64,000 bases of DNA, taken from assembly GCA_965285935.1 (NCBI GenBank), contig OZ260662.1:74152001-74216000 (forward strand), written 5' to 3'. The notes below the pieces were generated by a model. The model had not been told where the DNA came from, searched no databases, and saw only the letters and a list, made by a program, of their open reading frames with translations. A program made the translations under genes and the position numbers. Origin of the DNA: Ophelia neglecta (Eukaryota). This document shows, piece by piece, positions 25,648-39,346 of the stretch; positions within the stretch are counted from its first letter, which is position 1, and the number at the start of each line of letters is the position of its first letter.

Positions 25648-25948
25648 CTGTTTTTCGGCAGTAGGCCTGTTTTTGGCAGTAGGACTGTTTTTCGGCAGTA
25701 GGCCTGTTTTTGGCAGTAGGCCTGTTTTTGGCAGTAGGCCTGTTTTCGGCATTAGGCCTGTTTTCGGCAGTAGGCCTGTTTTCGGTAGTAGGCCTGTTTT
25801 CGGCAGTAGGCCTGTTTTTTGTCAGTAGGCCTGTTTTTGGCAGTAGGCCTGATTTCGGCAGTAGGCCTGTTTTCGGCAGTAGGCCTGTATTTGGAAGTAG
25901 GCCTGTTTTCGGCAGTAGGCCTGTTTTCGGCAGTAGGCCTGTTTTCGG
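25648..25948. repeat. 18-bp minisatellite, ~16 copies
   Basis: Unit cggcagtaggcctgtttt repeated in tandem with a few single-T indels. Confidence 0.97.
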
Positions 25949-26062
25949 TGCCCTTTATCACAGCTTCACCAACAATATGTCATTCACACTGTCACCTCTG
26001 CGGTGTTATTCCTGAACAACACAGCCTAATGTCTGTACGTTTCATCGACTTTCGTAAGTTAT

Positions 26063-26185
26063 CCCTGTAATAGATGCAGCGGTCAATGCGGCAATCGGGA
26101 TTATTGTGCGGGCAGAGCATTGTCAATGCAGCAGTCCGTATATAGTATTGTGCGGCGAACTCGCCACACAATAATACCAAATGCA
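26063..26185 (+). mobile_element. Copy of a short interspersed repeat (MITE-like family also at ~29880 and ~43660)
   Basis: tgcagcggtcaatgcgg...tattgtgcgggcagagcattgtcaatgcagca matches the 29890-29950 sequence tgcagcggtcagtgcgg...tattgtgcggccagcgcaatatcaatgcagca. Confidence 0.65.
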
Positions 26186-29100
26186 ATTGATTATTTTGAG
26201 ATGAAATGTAGATGAATCATTATGCTTAATTTACCTAGATACAGGGCCGAAGTAAAAGAGCATAGCGACCAATTGAAGTTCCGGCTTAATAACACCAAGG
26301 CCACTGTAAGCACAAGCTGTGTTCTGATGCCCAGAACTGGCCCAGGTGTCTAGTTTCGTAGAACAATCGCCGACAGATTCCTTTGAAGCCACAGGGGAAC
26401 TGGTGAATCGTATTATCTCTAAATGAACAAATAACGGGGCCATTAGTCGGCGGCATTTGATACGAAACAACTATTATTGATCAGTGGTAGCTCAGCGGGG
26501 TAAAAAAGACGGCCAGATAGCAGGAAATGCAGCTCAGCTCCGCCCGTCGACTGCATGGACCAAGTCATGGTCAAACTACTCTAGTAGCAAGCCTTTGCAC
26601 TAGGGCTGCTCTTCAGCAGGAGAATGTAAGGCTTGCAAAATACACAGACTTTTATATTGTTCTGCAACAGGTTGATTCTGGCAATGGGAGATTAAAACTG
26701 AGAATAATATAGCACCGTTCTAATCCCGAATTTACACCTGTAACGTTACATTGAGAAGACTCACAACTAGGCCTTATGACGCTAGCCAAAGAACCGACCA
26801 TGTACATTGCCTGCCGGCTAGACTTATGGCATCATTACTTTTGCTGACCATCATGGCTCTGTCGAGCTGTACCAGAAGCCTTCTCAGCCTATGTTTATCC
26901 AGTCACGCTGTGCTAATTTATGTGAATGTTCCATGCAGGAATGTAGCAACAAATTTGATAACGAGTGCTGTATTTCATTTCCACAGCAATACAAGATGCT
27001 CAAATGAACCAGATAAATGTATTAACACGGAAAGTGTATTCAAATAGCCATCCCCGTCTTTGGACATGACTTTTTGTAGTTGGTATTTCACAAAAAGGTC
27101 TGGGTGAAATGATCACTTTTCTTGTTAAACATCGACTTCGTTTACCTTGGCCGCCTTGCAAGACGCTGAAATATATATTTTTATTTGTAGTATTTATTTA
27201 TAGGGGCCATAGCCATGTCAATACACTGAAAATGAATGGATGATTATTCATTCTGCCCTTGGTAAAGAAATAAGAAGTTCTTACCCGTACAAGGCTGAGG
27301 CGACATCCGACCTGGAGGAATACATAATTATTCAACGATGAGGTTTCCGGCGCTTGTTTTTGATGTAAATAGACCGACAGCGAAGATAAAAATGCAATAA
27401 AAATGTCCCTAGCAAAAAAAAACAACAACAAGAGACAACAAAAAAACAAATATTGCGCGTCAAACAAACGGTTACTGTTTCCCTCAAATACTTTTTCAAG
27501 CGGTAGAATGAATGTTTTGTTTATATTTTTCCTACGACCATTGAGCAAATAATAAACGCGTGCCAGGAACGCCAGGTTTATTGTTTCCCTTATTCATTTA
27601 GGTCGGTTTGCTGGCCGTTAAATTTCATTTAGCCATTATGTCATGGAAACCGGAAAAGTCGTCCTCTCCAGGCACTTGGAATATGAGCCCAGTCCACTGG
27701 TTTAAAAGGTCACACTCAAATGAGACAACCCACTTATATATTCATTTGGTCTCACCTATACTACTATACACTACAAACGCCAGTGGCTAAAACTAAAATG
27801 TGGTTGCGGATATGTCTTCATTCCTAAAAATACTAGTCTTTAAAAGATTATTGATTACAGTAACACTGATTGTATTATTGCTATTCAGTTCCTTATGATA
27901 ATATATATTTATAATAGGCCTACTTAATTTCAAGAAGCAAGATTTTCTTGGGTCCAATTATCTTCTCTAAAAAAATAAACAAAATACATGTACGTTCGTA
28001 TATTTATCATGTGGCATGGGAATGACTATAAAAGACATTATTTTATTATTAATATTATTAATTATTATGACTTCTTCGCCAGACAAATAGGAGATTATTG
28101 TCTTACTTGTTCTAGAACACTATATTTCGGTTGGGATTTATCATAAATATACATATGGCACGAGACCGATGTATTTTGGAGACACTGTCCTGGGGCGAGA
28201 CACAGCCGTCAGAGACAGCAAAGGCCATCTCCTCGCCAGCATACACATGTACACAAAGATGAGCATTTGTCTTGTGTCCCCCAAAGGGCAGTATCCGTGC
28301 TATCACATGGAAATGTCACTTAGAATAAACTTAACCATAGACTTCACTCTACAAGAGCATTATTGCATACCAGAGCACAGCTTGTCGCCAAGTAGCCATC
28401 CCTTAGTCCCTACTCTAAGGACGAAGGTAGAACTAAGGGCGATCGTGACCCGTCACCTATTACCCCACCATGTATACAAATACTTTGGTTAATGTCGTGA
28501 CAGATTTCTATATCCCAGGCGGCCAATCGGCCGAGTAATTCGGGAAAATTTTGACCAATCCACGCGCACTAGCATGAGCCCGTCCCGGCCCGAACACTAC
28601 CGAGCATAGTATACTACTATATGCCTACGCTGAAGGAAAAGCAATTTCAGAAATTCCATGTGTCGAACTCTAAACAACAGCTCCCTGCAGAGAAACTATT
28701 GCCCTGAAGGCCATTCCTCGGAAGTTCAGCTCGGTCTCACACCCAACAGAAGCATGTCATTGTGAGAATATGTCACTATAAATTTTTAAAAAACGCGTTT
28801 GGTTTTCACTGAGCCTGCACAATGTGTTTGCCAAGTGCGTTTAAGTTTATCTTGGAATTAAACTTCAAACAAATACATGAATTCGGATCAACCAATGAAA
28901 CCATTGACTAATTGGGTCACGCATGCCCGGTGACAGAAAAAAATGGTTCATGCATAATCGCTATTGCTCGCGCTTTCGTAAGATCCAATTCCATAGTTTC
29001 TTTTTATATAATCCTTATAGGTACCAATTGATCAAACAAAAAGCGTACTGTGCTAACGTTTGAATTTCAAATGTTTCGATTCTGTTTGTCATCTGAGTGC

Positions 29101-29879
29101 ATTATTGTCAGTCTTTACCACATAACAATGAGATTCGCAACGTTTGCGTTTATCAAGCCATAAAACCTCAGTTATTTGATCGAGCACCTTGTCATTATAG
29201 TAGATTTTCTAATGTGTTGTTTTCGCTATGATGTGACCTTCGATCTTGGATTATACTTATATACCGTTATTTGTGAAGTAGGCTCGCGTAGATCCTCAAG
29301 GGTGAAGCAGCTACATGGGAAACTCAGGTGGGAAAGCTATTGTGGTCATAAACCAGCAGGAATCTCTGACTCCCTAGCCCTGACATCGAGTCCCTTGTTT
29401 GTGTCATTTGTTGTATTAAAATAGCCGTGAATGTCTTCTTCGTATTGGTTAAATTCGCGTTCCGAGTCCATGGAGGGCCTTTTAGAGATAGAGCGATTAT
29501 AATAGGTAGGCTATTGTATAGTATTTTCCTTTCATCATGGAGCCTGTGAGACTAGGAACACATCTGGAGCGAAGGCGGATATATAATGAATCTACTTTTA
29601 GGCTGATTAAACGTAGGAGTAGGTGGACTGCATACAACGCAATAAAGACAGATTGCCGACTTGTAGAAAGCTAAGGGCGAATATGTTGCTTTATATATTA
29701 GTATGCAGCAATCCAATGTTTGATAAAGACTTGGATTGGACGTGATACGAACTAAATATTCTTATGAATATTCATATTTTGGTAAAACAAGAAACAACAG
29801 ACTCATGGGGTTCTTCTACTATACGTGACGTCATCATACCACTTATTAGGTTGAGATAGCGTGTTTTTAGGCATAGTTA

Positions 29880-30047
29880 CCCACTGCGGTGCAGCGGTCA
29901 GTGCGGGGAAACAGTATTGTGCGGCCAGCGCAATATCAATGCAGCAAACGGCATTATTGTGCTACGAGCTCAACAGTGCTACCAAAAGGATCGTGATATA
30001 ATACCTAATAGGCTATGTTTATCTAGCGCCAGTGCTGCATCGCGGAG
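29880..30047 (+). mobile_element. Second copy of the same MITE-like family with weak terminal inverted repeats
   Basis: Similar to 26075-26160. The left end ctgcggtgcagc is approximately inverted at the right end gctgcatcgcgg. Confidence 0.55.
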
Positions 30048-30163
30048 AAACTTTAAACGAGCTAATAAGCCTCCCCTCCTTGAAACACCGTAGGCTCTAT
30101 CTGGTTTCTGCAAAATATGTCTTTGTAGTCCATGGGCCAAGGCCAGATTTCATCTGCTTTGTG

Positions 30164-30909
30164 GCCACCTCTGAAGACAAATATATTTTGGTACCTGTTG
30201 ATAGCTGAGGATGTGTGATTAATGAATCGACTTATTATTTCAATTCTTGGTTGTCCGTTGCCATTGAAACCACTCCCAAACAAAGTTTAGTGTATTTCCC
30301 ACAAAAATGGTGAAGATGCTCCTATGCAATATATGTTTGTTAGGAACTAAGTTCTAAAATGCCATAGTATGTACTCCACCTGGTGCCAAAAAACTCCACA
30401 ATTGAATTTGGTCTGGTGGCCATGGTTACGGATTCATTTTTTCCTAAACATCAAATTTTCTGGTTCCAATTTTGGACTTTCTCAAAAGGGCTATGTCTAA
30501 TCAATGACTCAAATGAATAAGTATTTCTATGATATATGACCAGAGGCATCTCTAGAAAAATAAAAATATAAATGGCTCTGATGTATTTTACGGAACAAAC
30601 CATGGCAACGGACAACTAAGGATAAAGATAATATATGTATGCATATAACACACATCCCCAGCAATCAACTAGTACCAAATATAATTGTCTTCAGAGGTGG
30701 CATATGTTCTACTTTAATTTTAAAAATCAGAGTTGTCTAAAGACACCCAATATATGGTTGATACACCTCAGTGCACGTACTTGAGTTGAAAATGACCAAA
30801 ATTGTCACAGACGTTTCAATGTTTGAATATCCGCCATTTTCGTTCCGTAAATTATATCAGAGCCATTTATATTTTATTTTTCTAGAGATGCCTTTGGCCA
30901 TATATCATA
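30164..30909. repeat. Interleaved inverted repeats A-B-A'-B' (non-autonomous element fragments)
   Basis: A (30164-30264) is an approximate reverse complement of 30602-30701. B (30529-30596) is a ~90% reverse complement of 30842-30909. Confidence 0.85.
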
Positions 30910-32109
30910 TGTAGAATCATCTCCCAATGTAGACTAGAGCATGATAATGCATCATGTCTTTTTAGACGCCATATGTAGTCATCACAGACCGCCCAGCATA
31001 CATGAAGGCATATGACCTTCTCAACCCTAAACTTGCTCTGATTACTAAATTGGAACAAATCCTGGCACGTTAGTCTTAATACAGATAAAACCAAATGTCT
31101 CCTCAACAGTAAAAAGGATTCCTCGCCTGCTAATATTTCCTTATTTTTTAACAGTTCGAATAATGAACTGCCAGGTAAAGCAACTTTCTTAGGGATAACC
31201 TTTATTTGAACACTAAAACCACATGGCATGATCACATAGCTGATTGTATTTTTAAGCTGTCTCGTGCCTTAATCTGATTTGTCTTCTCAAATATAAATGT
31301 TCTCGGAGACGGTTAGAATGTGCATACATCTTCTTTGTCTTCGAGTATGCAAATATTGTTTGAGACAGGGTAGAAGGCGGGACATGTGGAGGGTGTGTGT
31401 GTTGGGGGAGGGGGGGGGGGTCGTTTTTCCACAAGGCATCTCATGCATAATTTATTCGATTAAACATTTATGAAATGTTGAGTACAGACAACTCCTTTCA
31501 AGAACATTGATGTTATTTACATGTAAAAGCTAAAGTGGGACTGCAGCCATTAAATGTACAGCATTTTCCTGTTTTGTTAGCCATGGCCTACGTTTAAAAA
31601 ACCGTTAATCCTCATAAGTATAGTTGTCTTGTGTAACGTAAGAATCAATCATGTCACAGTTATTCATATATTTTTCATTGTTAATTACCTCAAGGTATAA
31701 CTATGCTAAGAAGCACTTTAGATTCCATGAATATATTTTAAATTTAAACTGATCTATTTCAAGTCACGTAATGACAAAAGTGTCAATTAATAGGTTCGTT
31801 CGGGCTCCAAACAGGCTAGGGTGCTCGGGAGGGGGAGGTGGATATCCTGTGTGAGGCTGACGTGTTCGGGCCGCTCACATGGTTCGCCGTTATATGACCA
31901 AATTAAAATGCATGAGGAGAAGTACTGTAAGTAATGGTCATGACACCCTCAATGTTCAGACATATCAAGCTTTATTGAAGGAAAACTGTCACCAAAACAT
32001 CATTAAATAGAGACGGTACCATAAAAATAGGACCAATTTTCATGTGATGGGCAGTAATGGTCATCACGTCATAAATGCCATCCTTTCATAACGCACTACG
32101 TTTGTCATT

Positions 32110-32236
32110 CAGTGGCGGATTCCGGGGGGGGGGGGGGGGGGGGGAGGGCTGCCCCTTTTATTTGCCACAAAGAGGCCCTGGACCAGCCTTTGAAAAATTG
32201 CATCCCCCCCCTCCTGAAATCTTGGTTCAGCCTATG
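32110..32236. mobile_element. Decayed hAT-type MITE
   Basis: Starts CAGTGGCGGATTC plus a poly-G run and ends with poly-C plus aaatcttggttcagcctatg, a degenerate inverse of the left end. No TSD recognised. Confidence 0.45.
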
Positions 32237-35200
32237 TCCTTACCTTACAGTAGTGTGATGAACGGTGGCAAGGCCGTGTGTATTTACAGAGATAGTCAAC
32301 AACCTTTAGTAAGTAAAACATTAGTGATATTTTGTTGACATTATTTGCCATATGGGACCAGAACTTAAAAACAAGGCTCTCACATTTCAACCCCCTTCTT
32401 TGTTCTTGGAATGTGACTAAACTTCAATTTAAGGAGAAAACAAATATAGTTTACCAAAAAACACTTTACACTTAATATTTGTTTTTTAGCGTGAGTCACA
32501 CAATAAAAAAGAGAAGTTTAAAAATAGAGTTGTTTGGTATACAGTTATCCCGTGTAGGCTTTTGAGGTAATTATTTATTGTGTTTATTCATTGGCTTATT
32601 TTTACCAAAGAAAAACAATAAAATAAAAGTAGTTGGGAGTCTTGTCTTCCTTCTAAGAGTTTCACTTTAAATTTTTTTAATTATCCAATTATAGACAGCA
32701 TTTTCCACCAGTTATTGTGATCGCATCAACCGCATGGACCCAGATATGAAAATAAAACCCGATTGGAGGCAATGATCGTAAGAAATAAATATCTTTCTTT
32801 TCCACAAAAACATATTATAGATTGTTTTACTGCCTTTTGATAAAGGGAAAACTTCAAATTGAACAAAAATATGTACGAATTATGAGCATAGGGTATGAAA
32901 GCCATGTAACTGGGGAAGGCGGTAACTGGATGCCTTTTCAACAGTTGTCACCGCCTCTATCGCATATCCGTGTATTTGGAAAAATGGTAACGAGCGATCT
33001 ACCAACATGATCACGTTACGGGAGATTAGCGACCGAATTCCACAGCAACGAGTTTTAAATGCCCTTGTGATTAGCGTTATTGCGATAATCGATGGCACTC
33101 TGAACAATTTGGCAGCCGTTTTTCTTGCTCGGCCGTCAGTGTTTACCCAGGATAGCCGGCTTGCCGTCACAAACGGTCGTGAGTTGGGCAGAGACAAATC
33201 TACTCTCGGCGTGATCGGAGAGCACTGGATGCTTTACAACATACCAAACCATAGACGCTGTGGTGGTTCGGAGTTATCTGCTCAGCGAGGACCCATGTGG
33301 GACCAATAGGTTCCAGAACTAAAAGACTGTTTACCGTAAATTGCATTACATTTACACGGATTACTTGGATTTGCATTGTCAACTTGCCGCACAACCCCCA
33401 GCTTTGCAGTAAATTGTTGGTCTTGGCCTCTTTGGGGACTAGTCAGAATGAATATTTGCGGAATGGGAGGGTTACGTGGGATAAACATTGAAGTGGATAT
33501 GTAGGTAATTTCTTTTACCAAGTGGACACCAGACAGATAGATGAGTTAAACCTAATTTTATCAACTTTGATAAGTAAATCGCCCATTGGCGAAATCAATA
33601 CATCAAAGATACTGGCCAGAGATGGGTAGAAACTGTTGTTATAGTCGATGAATATTCTGGAAAAAAACACATAATAAATCATATTTAAGTAATAGGTCGA
33701 GGGTAATGTCGGCTTCTGTGTCACTGCCCTTTGGTAAATATGTTATATTTTGCCTCCCAGAGTAAATGTGCGTTATATAGAAGGCGTTAACATTGGATAG
33801 AGTTCGCTGCCATTACAAAGTCCCCACTTCTAATGGCGAAAAGACCATAAGCTAATATGAGTTTAGGTCATATAGTTCACATTGGCCCGGTTTTATTATT
33901 TGATGAATAGGCCTCGATCTAATAATGTCTAATGTCGGTACCAAATGAATATTTTCTTACGTTAGGGTAATGCATTAGCTATTTTCTAAAAACAAAAGGG
34001 CACGAGTCACTGATAAGGTAGAAGTAATGATTCGAGGTTTCTCCGATGGGAGCGAAATACGATCCGAACTGTTAACAGACACAAACCGATGTATTATGAT
34101 GACATTTTATATGTACGTTTTATAATGGTTGCAGATATTAATTTCATCCGAGATAGATGCGCATTCTTCTGTGTGAGCATTCATCACTTCTTGCTTCCTG
34201 TACTTTTCATTCAGGGATCCATCGTGCACCCGCGCTGCCAAACACCCTGGTGTGTCACCACCGCAATGCCGGCGCTGATTACAGTAACGTTAGCTGACAT
34301 CAACCTTGTCAATGGCAAGACGCCATGTTCGTCGATACCTAAACAGAGACCTTTGCGATATTGTGTTCAACATTTAGCTACACTTAGGCAAATAAATCAG
34401 TTTCAAAGCCTCAGGATAAAGCTGGTGCCATATTAAATTTCCTACCCGCCAAGCTATTTCAATATTTACAGACAGATTTAAACGTGCGTCAAAGTCACTC
34501 TATTTAGGGTTTTTTTAACACCAGACCACTTTCTGCTAGAGATCACTAGAATGACTCGGTCTTGTCGAAAATACGATAAATCGTGGCAATATGTTGGAGC
34601 GACCTTAACGTATTGGCCAAACAACGTAACAAGAAAGTTAGGGTACAGAATAATACACCGGCCGCCGCGTTCGCCGCTAAGTGCCTCCGCAATAATGACG
34701 AATTAAACATCGTCTGTAGACCTCGATATTCACCAAGCCAATCCACCGTGGGAGTGTCACCGCAGCTTTTATCGCCCATCGCCCGGTGATTTATTGGCAT
34801 ACATCGGTTGGTGTCACTTGAAAGGCCAAAATCTATCACAGATTTCACATTGCATGAAAGCGAAAAAAAATCGCTAAGGGCAATTTGCTTAAGGATATTG
34901 CTGTATAAGCTATCTACTTTCCGATCAATATATTCGTGCTAACATGGGATACGAATGTTTTACTTAAAGTTAATAGCATGAACCATGTAAGTATTGGCCA
35001 TGATAGGAATCATACAATTTTCTACTAAGCACTGACCAGGGACTAAATAGGCGGCCCAGGCACTGGGGATCGCTGGATCTAGGTCGATTAGGCAGCCTTT
35101 ATACTTCTAAATATTCACCATCGGCAAACGTGCCTGTATTTTGATTGTAAGAGTAATGCATCGAATACAAGGGTGAGGCGCCATCTGGTCAGGTAGGAGT

Positions 35201-35417
35201 AAATATGTTTTAAAGTCACGTGGTCTGGTGGCCCACCCCACATGCATAAACACAGCCCGGTGTCCTCTTCCTGCCACTTCCTTCGGAGCATGCTTGATAT
35301 AAAGTAGTATTGACTACGTTGTTAGCCGCCTTCTTCATCCAAACGGCCATTGAGGGCTTCCTTATATTGAGCGCACTCTTCCATTGGTATGCCTATTTTG
35401 TAAATTGGTAAAAGTCA

Positions 35418-36040
35418 ATTGACATTGTATTTGAGAAATGAACTTTTTTTTTCATTTCCTCAAGAGCTTTTCTCCTTAACCCCCCCCCCCCCTCCGGGGG
35501 TAACCATAAAACGTCACACGAGAAACAGTATTTCAGGAACTCAACCAGTTTTCACTTATTATTCTTGCCAAATACTATAGAAATACCAATTAGTTAGCCA
35601 CATTTGAACAAAATAGGTCTAACTAGAAATTTTAAGAAAAATCTCAAAATTTCAATCGGAGTATACATTGTTAAAACTGACTGTCGTAGATTTGCTCGAT
35701 GACCTCAATTAAGTGGGTTTTTCTTTAAGCAAACAGTTGGTAATCATATGATGCATACAATTCATGCAGAAATTAATCACGGTTGACAATATTTGAGGAA
35801 CGGATTATTTTTATTTCTTTCCGAGCTTTTCTCATTTCCTCGCGAGAACCATAAAAGTCATCCGAGAACAAGATTTCAGGAATTCTACTATTATTAATAT
35901 ACACATGTGTCTCCTAATTCCCGAAAATTAGCCGATTTAAGTGGAAAGAAATATAAGTTCAACAATATATAGTCCTATAGTCGGAAATTTAATAACGACA
36001 CTCAAATTTGAGTCAGAATTTAAATATATTGTAAAAAGAA
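35418..36040. repeat. Old direct duplication of ~260 bp, copies ~360 bp apart
   Basis: Collinear shared blocks ttgaca..atttgag, gagcttttctc, aaccataaaa.gtca, atttcaggaa, ggaaattt/agaaattt and ctcaaa occur at 35418-35680 and 35782-36040. Confidence 0.6.
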
Positions 36041-37074
36041 TTGTGACACCCATCAGATCGGAGAAGGGGGGGGGGAGGCACGAAATTGTGACACCCTTCT
36101 AGGGGTGGGGGTGGGGTCATTAAAACCAAATCACCCATGGAAATTGATAAATATATACATACTTTTATAAAGGTTTTTCGCTTCGCGATACTCCAGATTC
36201 TTGATTATTTAAGGAATTTGTATTGAATATTTCATTATACTTTATATTATTGAAATATGTTTATATTATATGTGAGTGTGATGTAACTATACTTGTTTTC
36301 TGGTGATTTTGTTTTGCCTTAGCTCGAAACCATGTACAACATGTATTAATGCGCGACATTAATAAAATGTCAATTACCGGTAACTGTAAACTGTATAATA
36401 AAAAGGCGTGCTGGAAAATTACATCTCGCGGATGTATCTTCGTAACTATAAGACGTATAGATTAACTTGTATCACGTGATCAGCCTGGGTCGTCGAAAAA
36501 ACAATGCGCAGTTGGAATAAGCTTGTAAACAGTATACTATTAAATTTAATGCTCTGTGGGTCGAACAAATGATGTCGGCTTCTTATTTTGCCATTAACTA
36601 TTTCGCATTACGCTTCAAGTTGACAGATATATCATATATACGATCGTGAACAAGAACCTGCGTTGTTTTGAACGGTATTTGGCAACATTTAACGACTCTG
36701 AATTGTACCTTTAGACTATGGTTATATTGATAAAGGTAACAGCTTGAATATTATTAATACAGAAGTCTCCGATATCTGAAGCTTAAATTACCAATGACGT
36801 GCAAGTGTTCAGGAGATCAGTGTGCCTGCATTGTATACAGGCTCTCTGCTGAAGGGGCCTGCTCGCATGCTCCGAAAGTGCAAGCATGGAATAACCCCGA
36901 CCACTATGCCAAATATGGCATGCAACTTGTTGACACCCAAATTTATATGCTAACCAAGCGAAAAACAACACAGTAGTGATCGTATCTATGAGAACCCAGT
37001 TGTGTTCGTCGAAGAGCTTAATAGTAAATGGTTCCCAGATATGTTAGATGTTTATCTTAATAAAAAACTTCGCA

Positions 37075-37235
37075 TTTTGGCCGGCTCTACCGCGAAACGG
37101 AATCGTGAGTTTGGTGGGGGCTTTGAATGAGCGTCTTCCGGTCACGTGAAGCGGACATATCGCAAAAAAGCTGACCTGGCGCTTATGCGCATGACCATGC
37201 GATATAAGGCATGCGCGGTAGGCGTGGGTTGGATT
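37075..37235. promoter_or_regulatory. CpG-rich promoter/enhancer-like island
   Basis: ETS CTTCCGG (37135-37141) overlaps E-box GTCACGTGA (37141-37149). NRF1-like TGCGCATG at 37186 and GCATGCGC at 37209. Confidence 0.45.
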
Positions 37236-38340
37236 TTGCTTGCAATCATATGACATATAAGATAGGCAGCTTACTGAACATATATATATGTTAGACGGTA
37301 AATTGTATTATAGTACTGAAAACATAATCATGTCTGGCATTCTGGTTAGCATGTTATTTCAATGGCGTTTACCCATGTTAACCTGGTGGACACGATGTCG
37401 AGCAAATGTCGAGATGAACTGGCGTTGGCGCATCCTGCAGTATGAAATAACAGCACCAAGTAATCAGTGTCTTCCGTCCGCCAGCGGTAGTGTTAATCAG
37501 ACTAATGTTCTCTAACTCGTACGGACCAGATCACAAAAAGAGGTCAGAGCTCTTTCAAAAATGAGGCGCTTTCTTATCGTCTTACTTGCGCATTTATGGG
37601 TATTTTTATGACGTCGCAAAGTGAATAAGAAGAAATTTGTGACGTCAGGATGGTTGCTGAAAATCACATACACAAAAAGCTGATTTAACCCGTGCGTAAT
37701 ACTCTCATGAAACGTCCTTCCTTTTTATTACAGGCAGCAATTTTCGCCCACATTATTGAATTGCTCTTACTGTTTTTATGTTCGAATCTCTGTTGATCTA
37801 GCAATACATTGTACATTGCTTTGTGCGGGGTAAAAGCCACTAGCACAAACTAACAGATTCATTTGCTAGAAACCAATGAATATATTCTTTATAAACATTA
37901 GCGGCTGTTAATAGAATATCCGCCTGCAGTGAGTGCTGGGCTTACAGCTACCTGTTCATTAACACCAGTGAAGTGGCAGTATACAACGGATTAGTTTTAA
38001 AAGCATGCAGGGCCTCGGACTGATGACACAATGGCCTAAGGACAGGTCATAGTACAACAGTACAGATAATCAACAAAGACTCATGCAAATTAATGATAAT
38101 AACTATGGATTTGCACAGTTTTCACATCGAGTGAAATTTTTAATGCCCGAATACTCCAATTCCTGCTATCAATTATAATTGACATAAATTGGATATGATT
38201 TGTCTATATTTTGGAACTTATGTTAAACGGCACTCAATGCTTGTGCCAAAATGGCCTAAGTAACATAGAGTTATAGGACCTAAATGGCCTAAGTTGCAGG
38301 ATTCAGTTTCAAAATAATTTATGTTACAGGATCAAGTTTC

Positions 38341-39346
38341 AAATGGCCTAAGTAACGCAGGTCTGTCAGTCCAAAATGGCCTAAGTAACGCAGGTCTGAC
38401 AGTCCAAAATGGCTTAAGTAACGCAGGTCTGACAGTCTAAAATGGCCTAAGTAACGCAGGTCTGACAGTCCAAAATGGCCTAAGTAACGCAGGTCTGACA
38501 GTCCAAAATGGCCTAAGTAACGCAGGTCTGTCAGTCCAAAATGGCCTAAGTAACGCAGGTCTGACAGTCCAAAATGGCCTAAGTAACGCAGGTCTGACAG
38601 TCCAAAATGGCCTAAGTAACGCAGGTCTGTCAGTCCAAAATGGCCTAAGTAACGCAGGTCTGACAGTCCAAAATGGCCTAAGTAACGCAGGTCTGACAGT
38701 CCAAAATGGCCCAAGTAACGCAGGTCTGACAGTCCAAAATGGCCTAAGTAACGCAGGTCTGACAGTCCAAAATGGCCTAAGTAACGCAGGTCTGACAGTC
38801 CAAAATGGCCTAAGTAACGCAGGTCTGTCAGTCCAAAATGGCCTAAGTAACGCAGGTCCGACAGTCCAAAATGGCCTAAGTAACGCAGGTCTGACAGTCC
38901 AAAATGGCCTAAGTAACGCAGGTCTGACAGTCCAAAATGGCCTAAGTAACGCAGGTCTGACAGTCCAAAATGGCCTAAGTAACGCAGGTCTGACAGTCCA
39001 AAATGGCCTAAGTAACGCAGGTCTGACAGTCCAAAATGGCCTAAGTAACGCAGGTCTAACAGTCCAAAATGGCCTAAGTAACGCAGGTCTGACAGTCCAA
39101 AATGGCCTAAGTAACGCAGGTCTGACAGTCCAAAATGGCCTAAGTAACGCAGGTCTGACAGTCCAAAATGGCCTAAGTAACGCAGGTCTAACAGTCCAAA
39201 ATGGCCTAAGTAACGCAGGTCTGACAGTCCAAAATGGCCTAAGTAACGCAGGTCTGACAGTCCAAAATGGCCTAAGTAACGCAGGTCTGACAGTCCAAAA
39301 TGGCCTAAGTAACGCAGGTCTGACAGTCCAAAATGGCCCAAGTTGC
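38341..39346. repeat. 33-bp minisatellite, 30 full indel-free copies
   Basis: Unit aaatggcctaagtaacgcaggtctgacagtcca runs from 38341 to 39330 (30 x 33) plus a partial unit. Degenerate units lie at 38246-38340. Confidence 0.99.

Noticed and set aside
25559-26070. Overlapping ORFs with GSRPVF / AVGLF repeats
   Set aside because: Translations of the 18-bp minisatellite, broken by single-base indels.
28157-28302. Possible MITE with inverted ends (ggcacgag..ggagacac / gtgtcccc..ccgtgcta)
   Set aside because: The inverted match is too degenerate and no TSD is visible.
30164-30909. DIRS-type internal complementary region
   Set aside because: The central block matches the inner ends of the flanking arms, not an outer-end circle junction as in DIRS elements.
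38341-39330. CRISPR-like array (33-bp repeat)
   Set aside because: Units are head-to-tail with no unique spacers, there are no cas genes, and the context is eukaryotic. The same applies to the 41- and 46-bp arrays.
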